Shown here one piece after another: positions 51,570 to 63,076 of a DNA stretch of 64,000 nt. The DNA is from a virus: the IMG/VR virus record IMGVR_UViG_3300005264_000010, positions 1 to 64,000 of that record. One strand, written 5' to 3'. The notes beneath the pieces are model-generated. The model saw only the letters and a program-made list of their open reading frames with translations. It did not search any database and had not been told where the DNA came from. The position numbers and the translations under genes were made by a program. Position 1 is the stretch's first letter. Every line of letters starts with the position of its first letter.

Positions 51570-52757
51570 TTAAATCACCATTATAAGAGATTTCTCACTT
51601 CTTGTAATTCCTGTATATAATAATTTCTTTTTCATTGAATCACTGCCCCATAAATTATTAGCATAAAACAACACTTTACTTGCTGATGATCCTTGAAAAC
51701 TGTGAATTGTTACAGCATAACCATAATTTATCATCTCAACTTTGTTATTGAATATCTGCTTATAAGTAGTATCTCCCGTCATTATATGATCATAACTACA
51801 TTTAATATCTTTAAATACAGCTTCACCAAATCCATTTACTTTAAAATCAAATTTGAATACTGAATCAAATTTAGTCCTATTTACACTATGATCAAAATAA
51901 GTAATATCTTCTTCTCGTGGTTCAGATGAAACAGTACCTATAAGTCCATTTAATAAATATATATCATTTTTCTTATTATATAATTCCCAATTATTTTTCT
52001 TACAAATTATTTTATCACCAATAACTGGATATGGAGAAGTGATACCTTTTAATTGTCTAATTTTTTGATTTAGAAAATTTCTTGCTTTATTTGTAGATAC
52101 TAATATTTGGTCAGCTTTTAGTAATATATCATCATTGTTTAAATTGTTCAATACCCGAACATCCTTACTATATTTACCTGCTCTAAGTTCTTGATTGTTT
52201 AACACCATTTGTGATAATGTAATTATTGCACTTTCTTTACTTTGTCTAGTAATTTCAGACATTCTAAAATTTGGTGTATCAAACATAGATTTATCAGCTC
52301 CGATTGGTGGAAGCTGATTACTATCACCCACAAATAATATTTTAACTTTAAATGATAATAAATCTTCAATTATCTCTTTTGACGCCATTGAGCTTTCATC
52401 TATTATAATTAGTTTGATACTTGCTAATTCACCTCTATCTTTCAATCTAAAATCAACACTTCCGTCATTCTTTGGGATCGCCATATAAATAAGTTTATGT
52501 ATGGTACTCGTATTAGTAATTCCTTTAGATTTCATTACTAAACTAGCTTTTCCTGTAAATGAAGCAAACATTGTATTATCTTCAATTCCTAAATCTTCAC
52601 TAATTATTTTAAGTATAGTAGTTTTTCCACTACCAGCAACACCATCCAAAATGAAAATTTGTCTATCTGATTTTTTATACCAAGTTACAATATTTTTCAT
52701 TGCACCTTTTTGATCTTCAGTTAGTTCAAATTCTTTAATCATTAATACCACCACCAA
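51570..52757 (-). CDS. SF1B helicase (Dda/RecD-like)
   Basis: GVAGSGKTT, TIHKLIY, IIDESSM, GDSNQLPP, TRQ, YAVTIHSFQGS, YTGITR. Confidence 0.9.
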   Translation of the reverse strand: MVVVLMIKEFELTEDQKGAMKNIVTWYKKSDRQIFILDGVAGSGKTTILKIISEDLGIEDNTMFASFTGKASLVMKSKGITNTSTIHKLIYMAIPKNDGSVDFRLKDRGELASIKLIIIDESSMASKEIIEDLLSFKVKILFVGDSNQLPPIGADKSMFDTPNFRMSEITRQSKESAIITLSQMVLNNQELRAGKYSKDVRVLNNLNNDDILLKADQILVSTNKARNFLNQKIRQLKGITSPYPVIGDKIICKKNNWELYNKKNDIYLLNGLIGTVSSEPREEDITYFDHSVNRTKFDSVFKFDFKVNGFGEAVFKDIKCSYDHIMTGDTTYKQIFNNKVEMINYGYAVTIHSFQGSSASKVLFYANNLWGSDSMKKKLLYTGITRSEKSLIMVI

Positions 52758-53946
52758 ATATTATTTCATCTCTACATTCTATTTTATTAACATACTCAAT
52801 TAGTTCATTAATCTTATCAACTATAATTGTCATGTTATCATCATTAGATTCTATTAATAATCTACTATTCATTGATATTTTATCATCATTCCCATAAAAT
52901 AAATCATCATTCAATTTATCTACCATTTTGTCTTTCCTCATATTGTTCTATTTCATATTCAGCTGCTTTCCAATACTTATCACAAGCACCATCTTCATTT
53001 GTTGGATTTCCTCCAAACATACTTTGCCACTCAGGTGTTGGTGGTGCTATGAATCTGTAGCAAGTTTCTTTTTTAGTACATTCTTTATTACCACACATTG
53101 TTATATCAGCCATTTTTATTTCCTCACTATTTCTTTACAAAATTCTTTATTAAATTTCTTTATATTATAATCAATATAAGTTATATTTATGTATTTGTCA
53201 AGTTCTTTTATTTCTTTTATATCAGCATCTTTAATACTAAATGCTAATGAACTATATTTAAAGCTTATTATGACCATTCTGATTCCTTATAAGTTTTAAG
53301 TATTCTAACCACATATTTCTTATTAATGTCTATAACATCAATATCTCCATTAGATTTAGTTTCAAAAACAATTTGCACTTTATGAGTATCTTCAATAATA
53401 TCAGTAATACCATTAATATTTATTTCATAATAATCAAACTCATTAGATTCTCCCCTAACAGCAATTTCTACAATAGTCTCATCATAACTAATTTTCTTAT
53501 AAAAGTTAGTACTTGATGTATAGAATATTTCTTTAAATTCTTCTAAAGTTTGATATGCTGTTACCTTATTTAACTTTGATGTATAGCTACTATAATATAA
53601 ACTATCTAAACTACAATTACCATATAACTCATCTATATTCTCTGGTGTGACTTTAATATTAGTGTTCATCCTTTACCTCTACTATTTTAATTAAATTTTG
53701 TTTAATACTCTTATTCTATATCTTTTCATAATAATTTACCTCTTCTACCATAATTAAATACTTGATCTACTATCTCTTGACTTGCTACTTCATTAAGAAT
53801 AATCCCCAATACATCAATTATATCATCAATTTTTTCTTCTATTCCCTTTTCATTATCACTCATAGTATCATAATTTAACTGATTGTAAATATTGTCTATT
53901 ATTGTTGTTGTTGTTCCATTTTCTAATAATATTATTTTATCACTCA

Positions 53947-54507
53947 TTACATACTCCCTATAACTTTATTTGAATAAATACTTGCGTACGAACTAACTCC
54001 AAAGTATCGCTGTAATGCTACTTCAATATCGTCATATTTTTCTATATAATATTTAAGAACAAAACATCCAGCATCAATACCTTCAACTTCATTAAATAAA
54101 TCATCTTCAACTTCACAAATACCATTTTCAATTAACTTATCTCCCCACACAGAAAACATTACTTGCATCATTCCTTTAGCACCCATAAAACTTTCAGCTT
54201 CTTTATTAAATGAACTCTCATGCTTAATTACAGATAATATTAACATTGGATCAAGTTGATATTTATTACTAATAACATAAACAATTATTGTCCATCTATC
54301 AACTACACTTTTAACATATCTATAATCTAAAAACTCTTCAATGTAAGTATTTATATTAGATAATGTTTTAAATTGAGTTAAACTAGCTGTTTGATAGCTT
54401 AAATCTAAATTGATTTGATTATTACTATTACTTTCAACGTCAATAGTATTTGAACAACTTGATATTGCAAAATAACTTATAGTAATAATTAAAAATAATA
54501 TTTTCAT
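53947..54507 (-). CDS. Lytic transglycosylase (SLT domain) with N-terminal signal/lipoprotein-like segment
   Basis: LDPMLILSVIKHESSFN..AES..GAKGMMQVM; ALQRY. Confidence 0.85.
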   Translation of the reverse strand: MKILFLIITISYFAISSCSNTIDVESNSNNQINLDLSYQTASLTQFKTLSNINTYIEEFLDYRYVKSVVDRWTIIVYVISNKYQLDPMLILSVIKHESSFNKEAESFMGAKGMMQVMFSVWGDKLIENGICEVEDDLFNEVEGIDAGCFVLKYYIEKYDDIEVALQRYFGVSSYASIYSNKVIGSM

Positions 54508-54787
54508 TTATTTACCTTATTAAATTCTAAAATTAGTGTATCACCAACTGAGTAGTTCTTATAAGTAATATATTCAGTATCTCCATCAACATCAGTTACT
54601 ATATACTTATAATTATTGCCATCTTTAGTTTTGCTAGTAATTGTTCTATAATTTTTCTCTTTAGTTTCTGTAAAAGAAGTCTGTATATCACTTTCAATCA
54701 GAGGAATTATAACAAACCACCAAAATATACTAAAGCCAACTGATAATATTATAAATTCAACATCTATAAATCCTTTTTTATTTCTCA

Positions 54788-55300
54788 TTACCTAACCCCA
54801 CAGCATTTCTTATACTTCTTACCAGAGTCACAAGCACATTTATCATTTCTACCTTGCTCTTTAATAAACTCAAATCTTATTTTTTCTCCAGAAAGGTGTG
54901 AAATCTCATGTTGGATTATCTGTGCTTCATACCCATCCATATCAGTTGTTAATCTTTGACCATCTATATCAGTAAAAACTAATCTAATTGCTTGATGCCT
55001 TGTAGCAACTAATTGTTTATCACCCCAAGTCATACATTTTTCAATAGTTTGTCTTTTAGTTCCATTATATCTAATTATTTTTGGATTAATGAATACTTTT
55101 GGTTCTTCATAAGCAAGACTAACAAAGAAATTCTTATTAACTCTCTCACCATCTTTTTCAAGTTGATTACAAGCAATAGCTACTGCTTTTCCTTTCAAAG
55201 TTTTAGCATACTCAATTACTTCTTTAATTAGAGGTAAATCATTTTCATAATTTACATCTTCTGCTTTTGGTGTTTGTTCGTTAGCAATAATTTTAAACAT
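54788..55300 (-). CDS. Peptide deformylase-like protein with C-terminal SEC-C motif
   Basis: AIACNQ, FINP, EKCMT, QHEISHL; GRNDKCACDSGKKYKKCC. Confidence 0.8.
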   Translation of the reverse strand: MFKIIANEQTPKAEDVNYENDLPLIKEVIEYAKTLKGKAVAIACNQLEKDGERVNKNFFVSLAYEEPKVFINPKIIRYNGTKRQTIEKCMTWGDKQLVATRHQAIRLVFTDIDGQRLTTDMDGYEAQIIQHEISHLSGEKIRFEFIKEQGRNDKCACDSGKKYKKCCGVR

Positions 55301-56279
55301 TTTTATTTCTCCTTTAAATTAACTTACTTGTAATATACATAATATATTTAATTAAGTCATGTCTTTTATTATCTCTTTTTAATCTCGCCATTTCTAGTAT
55401 ATTTTATTTTCTCTTGCTTAATTGGTTGCTTTGTTTGGTCAATTTTAGTATATATTGCAACATATTCAGCTTTACTTAAACCACATCTATCACAACACCT
55501 ATCATCATATAAATGACAATAACAAGCTGGTTTAAAATCTTCTGGATTATTCACCATCTATCCCCACCCAAGATTTAGTTTTATCATCATTTATTATAAG
55601 CTCATATTGAGCCTCTTGACCAGATAATATTCTAACTTGACCATTCTTATCACCAATTCCATATATTATAATGAATGATAGAGTCATCAATAACATAGAT
55701 ACTAATAAACTCATTATTGGTGTTGATACATCTGATGATCGCTCCCAATTTTCTTCTTTTGTGCCTATATAAAAAAGTATCATTGACATAAATACCATAG
55801 CCACTACTACTATTATTCCTATTAACATTTTTATTTCTCCTGTTTAAATTTTGTATAATTCCATTTTAGTAATTCATCAACTGCGTCTTGATAGTTATCA
55901 AATCCTTTGAGATTTATTTTATGTAATTCAGACTCTTGAATTGGACCAACTAAATGATACATACTATCTGACATAAATACTACTGATAATTCTCTATTAT
56001 AAAACATCTCTTGTTTCTCCCTTTTTAGTTTAGCAATAAAGTTATGTGAACGTCCAATTATTCCTGTTGTTATCATTTCAAAGCAAGGGTAGTAAATATC
56101 TCCTACAAAACTACCATTATATTTATTAGTACAATCTTTAACAATACATTCTTTATTATCCATTTAACCACCCCAACGATACTAGTAGAACAAGTAGTAG
56201 TCCTAATATAAAAATTAAAAAATTATGTATTCTTGGGTCAGTTGAGTTTAATAATTTATCTAACATTTTATTTCTCCTT

Positions 56280-56501
56280 TTATTTCATTTGTTTTTCATA
56301 ATTTAATATTTCTTCAAATGTTAGCCATTGAGGTTTCTTATGAGCGGGGAAGAAATTATGTAATTTTTTCATTTCTTCAATTTGCTCTTCTTTAGTATCT
56401 GCCCATAAACATCTCTCACTTTTATTTCCATAATTAAGATAGTAATCACAATCCATTTTAAGTCTTGACAACATCATGTATTTGAATTTTAAGTCTTCCA
56501 T
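56280..56501 (-). CDS. LPD11-domain protein
   Basis: YMMLSRLKMDCDYYL..G....LWA...P.WLT.EEI..YEKQM. Confidence 0.7.
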   Translation of the reverse strand: MEDLKFKYMMLSRLKMDCDYYLNYGNKSERCLWADTKEEQIEEMKKLHNFFPAHKKPQWLTFEEILNYEKQMK

Positions 56502-56608
56502 TTTGTTTCTCCTTTGTCTATTTAATTAACTCACAAAAGTAATATACGAAACTATTTAATAAAAGTCAAGAGAAATATTCATTTAAACTACTTTAAATGT
56601 ACTTTTAC

Positions 56609-57391
56609 TTAAAAATCCTCAAATTTTATTCTATCACTAAGTATATAATTTGATATGAAGTTTATGTTATCAACATCAATTTCAGTAGCGATCCACTTAA
56701 CATAATTTTCTTTACAAGCTAATAACTCCATACCACTTCCAGCAAATGGAATATAAACAGATGAGCCTTGTTTTAAGAATAATTTAATCATTCTATCTGC
56801 AAGTTTTGGATGCTTAGGAGTTAAATGAGCAATATCTTTTTTGACTTCTTTTAACATCTTAGGTGATTTACCAAATCCTAATTCTGGAATATCCCAAACA
56901 GTAGTAAATCTTTTATATTCAGATTTATTAACCATTTGTCCACCTTTCTTAACAACATTAAATGGTCTTTTTTCTTCTGAATATTGATTTTCAGTATTCC
57001 AATTATGTCTATGTCCCTTCTTAGTAAACCATAATATATGCTCTGAAATTTGAAGTGGACCCCTTCTCATTCCAATACCTCTAGTTTTAGCCCAAGTAAT
57101 TGTATCTTGAAATTGAAATTGATCTTTTTTAGTAGTTTTATTATATTGTTCAAAAGCATTAAACCATTCAATTAAACTATTCGATCTACTTCCCATTCCA
57201 CAATGCAATAGTAAGTTACCATCATCTTCTAAAATATTATATAAATCTGAAATAACAACATTATTTAATTCAAAAGTTTCAGCATCCCAATTAGCATTTA
57301 CTACTTTACCAAATGGAGGATCCATAATAATTAGTCCAAATTTTTCTGTTGTTTTTTTAATATAAGTTCTCATATCTTCATTAAATAACAT
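56609..57391 (-). CDS. DNA N6-adenine/N4-cytosine methyltransferase (beta class)
   Basis: DPPF before HLTPKHP and PFAGSG. Confidence 0.85.
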   Translation of the reverse strand: MLFNEDMRTYIKKTTEKFGLIIMDPPFGKVVNANWDAETFELNNVVISDLYNILEDDGNLLLHCGMGSRSNSLIEWFNAFEQYNKTTKKDQFQFQDTITWAKTRGIGMRRGPLQISEHILWFTKKGHRHNWNTENQYSEEKRPFNVVKKGGQMVNKSEYKRFTTVWDIPELGFGKSPKMLKEVKKDIAHLTPKHPKLADRMIKLFLKQGSSVYIPFAGSGMELLACKENYVKWIATEIDVDNINFISNYILSDRIKFEDF

Positions 57392-57395
57392 TTAT

Positions 57396-58119
57396 TCACC
57401 CTTTTGATATTTCATAATAATCTTTATCTAGCTCTATTCCTATAAATTTTCTATTTGCATTAACACAAGCAACACCGGTTGTTCCAGAACCCATTGTGAA
57501 ATCCATTACTGTTTCATTTTCATTTGTAAAAGTCTTTACTAAATTTTCCATTAACTTCACCGGCTTTTGTGTTGGGTGAAATTTCTTAACTCCTTTTTGC
57601 TATCTCTATTATACTTCAAAATTGAAATAGGGTAAACTAATGTTGGATCATAATCTTTTGAATGTTTATATACTCCAGAGATAATATTAGTTTCATCTAT
57701 GTTTAAATCGCCTTTCATAGACTTTGGATTTGTAACATTTTTTCTTTTTTTCATTTGCGGATTGTATGTAGGAGTTTTCTTATAAAAAATTGATATATTT
57801 TCATGTACTCTACCAAATTGTTTTTAACTGTAAATGCATTTGTTGGTTTTTCCTTTTGCCAAATAATATCATACCTATAATCTTTAATATTTGAAGTTCT
57901 AAGTAAACTACTAAATGACTCTCCACCAAATAAAACAATCACCCCATTTGGTTTTATTAATTTATTTAATCGTAGCCATATTTTCACCATTATTTAATAT
58001 TTCCATTTACAAGAAGTCGTGCCGTAAGGTGGATCACATATTATCACATCAACTTTAATTCCTTTCTTAATTAGCTTATCCATCTCTGCTAATGTTTCAC
58101 CATGTATTAAATTAAACAC
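57396..58119 (-). pseudogene. Disrupted second DNA methyltransferase
   Basis: DPPYGTTSCKW then an in-frame TAA; two frameshifts in A-runs; HPTQKP and DFTMGSGTTGVAC lie in a further frame. Confidence 0.85.
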
Positions 58120-59645
58120 TATATATGTCTCCTCTTTTTCTTATAAGTCTCAACTTCAGCACCATGTTCTTTTCTAAATTCCTTTCTTTCCCCATCAGCT
58201 TTTTCACTAATTTTATCTTTAACTTCTTCAAGCTTTTTTAGTGATTTCTTAATCTTCTTTTTAACTTCTGAATTTAGATCAACTAATGATGAATATTTTT
58301 CATTACTACCAATTAGAATATAAGTACCAACAACAGTTCCAAACCTAGTTTTGATAATATTCATTTTAACTATATTATAATAGTCAACACCCATACCAGA
58401 CAAATCAATTTCATTATTCATTGTTTCATCAAGAGGTTTATTCAGATTATAATCATTAAATAACATATCGTCATCACGATATAATTTCTTTAAACCTATG
58501 ATTGCATCTGCAAAACCCCCTAACATAAAAAATTCACCAATATTTTCCATACTAGGATCTTCACCATCTTTTAGTGCTTTCATTCCTTCTCTATTCAACT
58601 GAGCAGAAGTTAATAAAGAAACATTTTCATCATCAATCATTTCTCTAAAATCAATAGTTAATGATTCCATCCAAATATGTTTCTGTAACTTAGTAATTTT
58701 TCTATCAATTGGTCTCATTAAATTTATACTATCAATTATCAATAAATCTGTTTTATAACTATATTTATTTTCTAAATCTTGTAAGTGTTTAGCAACTCTA
58801 TTGGCATCACAACTTGAAGATGGAAAATATTTGATATTAATATTACCAGTTACTGTCTTTCTAGCTTCTTTCCATAAAGCAATATAATCAACATATTCCA
58901 TTTCTTTTGGTGTTAATCTAGTAGTAGCAATTCTTAAAGCAATAGAATCAATTCTTTGTCTAGTCATATTTGTTCTCATTTCACCAGAAACATAAGTTAC
59001 TTTTTTACCTAACATTGCTGATTGAACAGCCAAGAACATTTTAGTCAGTGATTTACCAACATGAGGACCAGATAATATTACAGTCATTGTAGCTTCTGGT
59101 AATCCACCACCTAATAATTTATCAATTGGTTCAAACCCTAATGGTGTTACATTCATTCCATAATCTTTAAATTGATAAGTATCATCTAAAAATAATCCAA
59201 TATCATCATCAAAATCTAAGTCAACTATTTTTCTCATATCAGACTGTAAGTTTTCTAAACTATCTTTCTTATTAACACCATTCAATACATCTGCCGCTTT
59301 CTCAAATAAAACCATTGATAAGTTGTCTTTAATGAACTTTAAAGTCTGTTCCTTTAGATTATTCATAGTAAACTCAAACTTTGCTTTAACTATGTCTTTG
59401 AGTGTACTCTTAAAAGCTTTATAATCCTTTTCATTAAGACTTGTTTCATTTTCTAAATATAATAACAAATCATCTTTTGTTGGAGCAATCTTCTTTTCTT
59501 CATAAAACATTTTCATGAACTTAATTATGTTATTGTAATTATGATCTTTGAATATAAATGGAACTTCCAAAATTGTTGATATTGCTGTTGATCTATACTC
59601 TTTATTTTTTAGTAATTGATTTATAACTACTTTTTCTATATTCAA
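58119..59645 (-). CDS. Replicative helicase (T4 gp41/DnaB-like)
   Basis: SGPHVGKS, YVSGEM, IIDSINLM, TSAQLNR, IIKTRFG. Confidence 0.9.
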   Translation of the reverse strand: MNIEKVVINQLLKNKEYRSTAISTILEVPFIFKDHNYNNIIKFMKMFYEEKKIAPTKDDLLLYLENETSLNEKDYKAFKSTLKDIVKAKFEFTMNNLKEQTLKFIKDNLSMVLFEKAADVLNGVNKKDSLENLQSDMRKIVDLDFDDDIGLFLDDTYQFKDYGMNVTPLGFEPIDKLLGGGLPEATMTVILSGPHVGKSLTKMFLAVQSAMLGKKVTYVSGEMRTNMTRQRIDSIALRIATTRLTPKEMEYVDYIALWKEARKTVTGNINIKYFPSSSCDANRVAKHLQDLENKYSYKTDLLIIDSINLMRPIDRKITKLQKHIWMESLTIDFREMIDDENVSLLTSAQLNREGMKALKDGEDPSMENIGEFFMLGGFADAIIGLKKLYRDDDMLFNDYNLNKPLDETMNNEIDLSGMGVDYYNIVKMNIIKTRFGTVVGTYILIGSNEKYSSLVDLNSEVKKKIKKSLKKLEEVKDKISEKADGERKEFRKEHGAEVETYKKKRRHI

Positions 59646-59920
59646 ATTTATTTCTCCTCTTTAATCTTATCAAATAATAATTCTAAATATCTCCAACTAT
59701 CTAAAATCATAATATCTTTTTCATTAAATTTAACTATAACATTACCAATTTGTAATATTCTCAATTCCAAATAGTGTATTTGATGTTTATATAGTAGTCA
59801 TTTCAGTTGTATCACCAAAAAGATATTTAGGTGTAACTTCTTTAATATATTCATAACAACTATATCCGTCCATGAAATCAATTATCTCTTGATTATTGCA
59901 TCCGTCAAACAATAGTGTTT

Positions 59921-60370
59921 CTATTTTGATTTCTTTAGTTTTATAATTTTCCACCAGTTACTCCATGTTATGCCATATATATTCACTATCTTTTTACTTT
60001 CATCCATAAATATACTAAAACCTACAAACAATATAATATATAAAATGAATATTGTCAACCCAATTAAAATTTTCCATCCTTGATCTCCTCCACCATCATA
60101 ATATGGTCTATTAACTATATCTCCAGCTTCACATATTGGTGATACTTTAAACACCTCTCCATATTCATTTACACCATAGAATACAGGCATATTGCTTATT
60201 CCATTATCACCGTACTCAAATGATTCAATTACTTTCACCAATTCTTCTTGTACAAAATATTCACCTCTTCCATCATCCAATGTTGAATATAAGTAATGAG
60301 TTGAGATTATAGTTAGTATAATTATTAGTAAAGCTGTTATTATTCCTTTCACAATCACCTCCAATGCCAT
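59921..60370 (-). CDS. Two-TM membrane protein
   Basis: Hydrophobic segments at both ends. Confidence 0.5.
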   Translation of the reverse strand: MALEVIVKGIITALLIIILTIISTHYLYSTLDDGRGEYFVQEELVKVIESFEYGDNGISNMPVFYGVNEYGEVFKVSPICEAGDIVNRPYYDGGGDQGWKILIGLTIFILYIILFVGFSIFMDESKKIVNIYGITWSNWWKIIKLKKSK

Positions 60371-61416
60371 AAAATATTATCAAATTCACCATAGGTTGGT
60401 ATCATAAATCCAGACATCATATTATGTATAATATCAATATTTAATTTCTTATTCTCTCTATTTTCATTTCTTTCAATTATTTCTTCATAACTAGTAGTAA
60501 ATATAACTGCTTCTTTCTTATAGTGTTTAGGTACTGAAGCTAACCATCTATTCCTGGCTTTTCTACTAATATTAGTCATATCTATTACAATATCTTTATT
60601 CTCTTTAATTGCTTTACTAAATCTTCTTTGTAGCTCTTTATCAATAGCTTTATGCTTATTAGTTATTGTAGCATAGTCCCAAGCTTCATTATAATTATCC
60701 ATTGGTGCTGTTTCCATTAAAATATCATCTCTTGAAATAATAGTTTCATCATTACTCCACATATAGTTATTAAGATAGCTACTTTTACCTGCGTTAGGCA
60801 CTCCAACTAGTAATTTAATAGTTCTAGTTTTCTTCATTTCAATTTTATCTTCAGCATTAATAATATCATTTTTAAATTTAATTATGTTACCCATAAATTC
60901 ATCACCATCATCAATATCTGTTATCCTACCATTATGATCACATTCAATATGTTGTATCAACTTTTCTAGTAGTGGTATATCTTTTTTACTCCAATAATTT
61001 CTAGTTTTCTTACCATGTTGATAAAAACTACCATGTAATGAGATAATAGATAATATATATGTTTTTTCTTCATTTGTCAAGTTAATTTTATTTAATATTC
61101 TATTTGCTAAGTGAAATGAATATCCTTCATGACCATTAAATCTTACTTTTTTCTTTTCTTCATCAACTTGTCTAGCTAAGGGTTTACCTATATCATGAAG
61201 TAGTGTAGATATTTGCACCAGCTTATCTACATTTCTATTCATTGCTTCTTTATATACCATTAGAGTGTGTGATAGTGTAGAATTTTCTATATGGAATGGA
61301 TTAATCGATTGATCATCATAGTAATGGTCAGTTTCTTTCATTTGATTTACTATATATGGTTCTTCTAAAATAAACCACTTTAAAAACTCTATTGGTGTTG
61401 TATATTCATATAACAT
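60355..61416 (-). CDS. HD phosphohydrolase fused to a P-loop polynucleotide kinase (RNA end-healing-like)
   Basis: H.E...SHT.MV, LLHDIGKP, F.GHE, DH.GR; GVPNAGKSS, ISRDD, DMTN.SRK.R. Confidence 0.8.
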   Translation of the reverse strand: MLYEYTTPIEFLKWFILEEPYIVNQMKETDHYYDDQSINPFHIENSTLSHTLMVYKEAMNRNVDKLVQISTLLHDIGKPLARQVDEEKKKVRFNGHEGYSFHLANRILNKINLTNEEKTYILSIISLHGSFYQHGKKTRNYWSKKDIPLLEKLIQHIECDHNGRITDIDDGDEFMGNIIKFKNDIINAEDKIEMKKTRTIKLLVGVPNAGKSSYLNNYMWSNDETIISRDDILMETAPMDNYNEAWDYATITNKHKAIDKELQRRFSKAIKENKDIVIDMTNISRKARNRWLASVPKHYKKEAVIFTTSYEEIIERNENRENKKLNIDIIHNMMSGFMIPTYGEFDNILWHWR

Positions 61417-61427
61417 TATTTTCTCCT

Positions 61428-62087
61428 TTAAAATAATATTGCTTTACCTGATTTCATTCTAATTATATTTTCATCTGAGCAAGCATCATTTGCTATTGTA
61501 GATCCAAAATCATAAATATTAGTTGTAGTACCATCTGCATATATTCTTTTTAGTACATTATCAATAATACCATACACTCCACCACCTATCCAATCCACAA
61601 AACTATCGTCAATTAACTTACCATTCTCTAACCATAATTGATAATTATCAACACATTCAATATTATTTAAAATTTCACACCTACCAGAAAGAGAAATATA
61701 TCCTATTAATTCATTAGCAACCAATATTTCTAGCCCACCATTCATATCTATATCTAATGACAGTACATATTTGGGTTTCTCTTTACCCATACTATATCCA
61801 TCATCTGATAAATTAGGTTTTTCTTTTAGTTCTTCTAATATTTCATTTATAATACTTTTTCTTTCTTCTTGACTTAGCATTTTCATTTCTCCTCTCATTA
61901 ATTTTAAAAAATCATCCACTAAACTATCTTGATAAAATGGATCGTATCTACTCTCTGATATTTGTTTATGAACTATTGGATTTATAAAATATAATTTATT
62001 CATATATTTTTGACCAATCCTTAAATGGTCATTTTCTTTATGATATACTGCTTGTAATAATAATTCATATTCTGCTTCGTTTAGCAT
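61428..62087 (-). CDS. Hypothetical protein
   Basis: 219-aa ORF; N-terminal LRIGQ.YMN.L...DPFY.D motif. Confidence 0.5.
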   Translation of the reverse strand: MLNEAEYELLLQAVYHKENDHLRIGQKYMNKLYFINPIVHKQISESRYDPFYQDSLVDDFLKLMRGEMKMLSQEERKSIINEILEELKEKPNLSDDGYSMGKEKPKYVLSLDIDMNGGLEILVANELIGYISLSGRCEILNNIECVDNYQLWLENGKLIDDSFVDWIGGGVYGIIDNVLKRIYADGTTTNIYDFGSTIANDACSDENIIRMKSGKAILF

Positions 62088-63076
62088 AATTATTTTCCTA
62101 TATTTACTTTTCTTTTATCGATATTGCTAATTATAACATTTGGTTTCATTATATAACACCTCCTAGGTAATATTGCTAAAAGTTGCAGTGATAACACATT
62201 TTCTTATCTAAAATGCTCTAACTTGTTTTTAGATAAGATATCGTCCATTTCTCCCAAATCATTTTGAATATTAGAAACCATCAATATTATTCTATCAATT
62301 TCTTCTTCAGTGAATTTGTCGTAATCAATGAAATCAAAGGGAGTTATTTCTGCTAACTCAATAAACTTTTTTAAATATGTCTTAACTCTTTTCACACTTA
62401 ACCTCATTATTACATTTGCTCGCTTCAACAAGTAGGTTTTTCAACTCCGAAGCTAGCTTATATTCTTTTGTATTTTCAAGATTATTTCTTGATAATTTTT
62501 GTTGTAGATTCCATAATGTCTCGGAAAAATAATCAAAATTTAATTGTGTTCCTGAATTTAATAACCTTTCTTTTATTTTTTTCATAATTATTCTCCTACC
62601 CATAATAATTTTTCAATTACTCTTTGACTAGTTGCTACTTTCTGATCACCAAAATCAAATAGCTGTTCCATATAATCATTAAGTAGAGTAACTAAATCCC
62701 CGTCAAAACTAAATTCATCATATTCTGATTCTTCAATAGTTCCATCAGCAAAATCTCTAACAAAATTGAAGTGGTCAATTATTTCTGTTAATTCTTCAGT
62801 CAAATCTACTCTATCAACTAAATTAGATTTAATTAACATTTTATTTACTTTATAAAGTTGCCTTACTAAACTAATACAGATATTATTTATATGTTCAAAT
62901 GACTCATCATTATTAAACATATCTTTAATTCCAATTTTATACTTCCATTCCATTTTATTTCTCCTTTTAAATTAACTTACAAATGTAATATAATAATAAT
63001 TTTTAATAATGTCAAGCTTTATTATTGAATTTATAAATATAAATAAAACTAATATAAAAATTATGAGGTAAATCAG

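Noticed and set aside
1058-55231. Short antisense or alternate-frame ORFs in the track (e.g. 1058-1285, 1669-1854, 29310-29639, 34009-34389, 38734-39012, 52501-52713)
   Set aside because: They are shadows of well-supported genes, with no SD or recognisable motifs
56578-56594. Fourth, inverted copy of the dispersed element (TTCATTTAAACTACTT)
   Set aside because: Only a short gapped AT-rich match; the core AGATACATAATTATAT is absent
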